Shown: positions 63,692 through 64,000 of the stretch, piece by piece
How positions within the stretch are numbered: position 1 is the stretch's first letter
Layout of the letters: every line of letters begins with the position of its first letter
Assembly: GCF_009834535.1 (NCBI RefSeq)
Contig: NC_045704.1
Location: forward strand, 66,588,001 to 66,652,000
Direction of reading: 5' to 3'
Length of the DNA: 64,000 bases
Source: Camelus ferus
Taxonomy: Eukaryota
Translations under genes and position numbers: made by a program
Notes under the pieces: generated by a model
Database searches by the model: none
Told to the model about the DNA's origin: nothing
Seen by the model: the letters and a program-made list of their open reading frames with translations, nothing else

Positions 63692-64000
63692 CTAAAAAGA
63701 AAAACCAAAAAGTATATGAGACACCAGACATTAGATGTTAATGTAACCTTTTATGTGGGGGAGGGGATGGGGGGCGAGGAGATTCCTTTTTTTTTTTTTT
63801 TTTTGCATTTTCACTATTCATCACAGTTGCACTAAGTTCCACCATGTGTAAGGAGCCCGAGTTAGGGACAGAGCTGTGAACCAGACAGCCACAGCCCCTG
63901 CCCTCATAGTCTGCAGTCTAGTAAGGGAAAAATGGCAATGGGAAGGGAGGCTTTTGAAAACCTTCAGCCACTAGAGACCCATGCACTACATCAGCTACCA

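Overview
Mammalian genomic DNA, almost certainly camelid (two tRNA-Ala-derived Vic-1-type SINEs, cetartiodactyl-type L1 3' ends). Two firm anchors: an intron-containing tRNA-Arg(TCT) gene at 50642-50726 (+) inside a CpG island, and the last coding exon of DNTTIP2 at 63598-63691 (-). In human this same tRNA (Arg-TCT-1-1) lies between DNTTIP2 and the distal BCAR3 promoter/MIR760 on 1p22. By synteny (recalled, not verifiable here) positions ~1-49.4 kb are the long first intron of BCAR3 (- strand). No other coding exon is recognisable; nearly all ORFs in the track are GC-rich chance ORFs or L1 debris. The rest is a transposon mosaic (L1, HAL1, L2, MIR, MaLR and ERV1 LTRs, a putative Gypsy-type relic, hAT and Tigger MITEs). 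Repeat family names come from recalled consensus sequences and repeat borders are approximate. I found no clearly new biological system. Best leads: a solo LTR with a 23-24 bp-periodic NF-Y/CCAAT array plus octamer and TATA ~4.5 kb from the CpG island; a putative Gypsy LTR plus decayed gag-like frame; a candidate alternative BCAR3 first exon at 17.4 kb; a scrambled L1; and N-runs that look length-preserving, one of which may hide MIR760.
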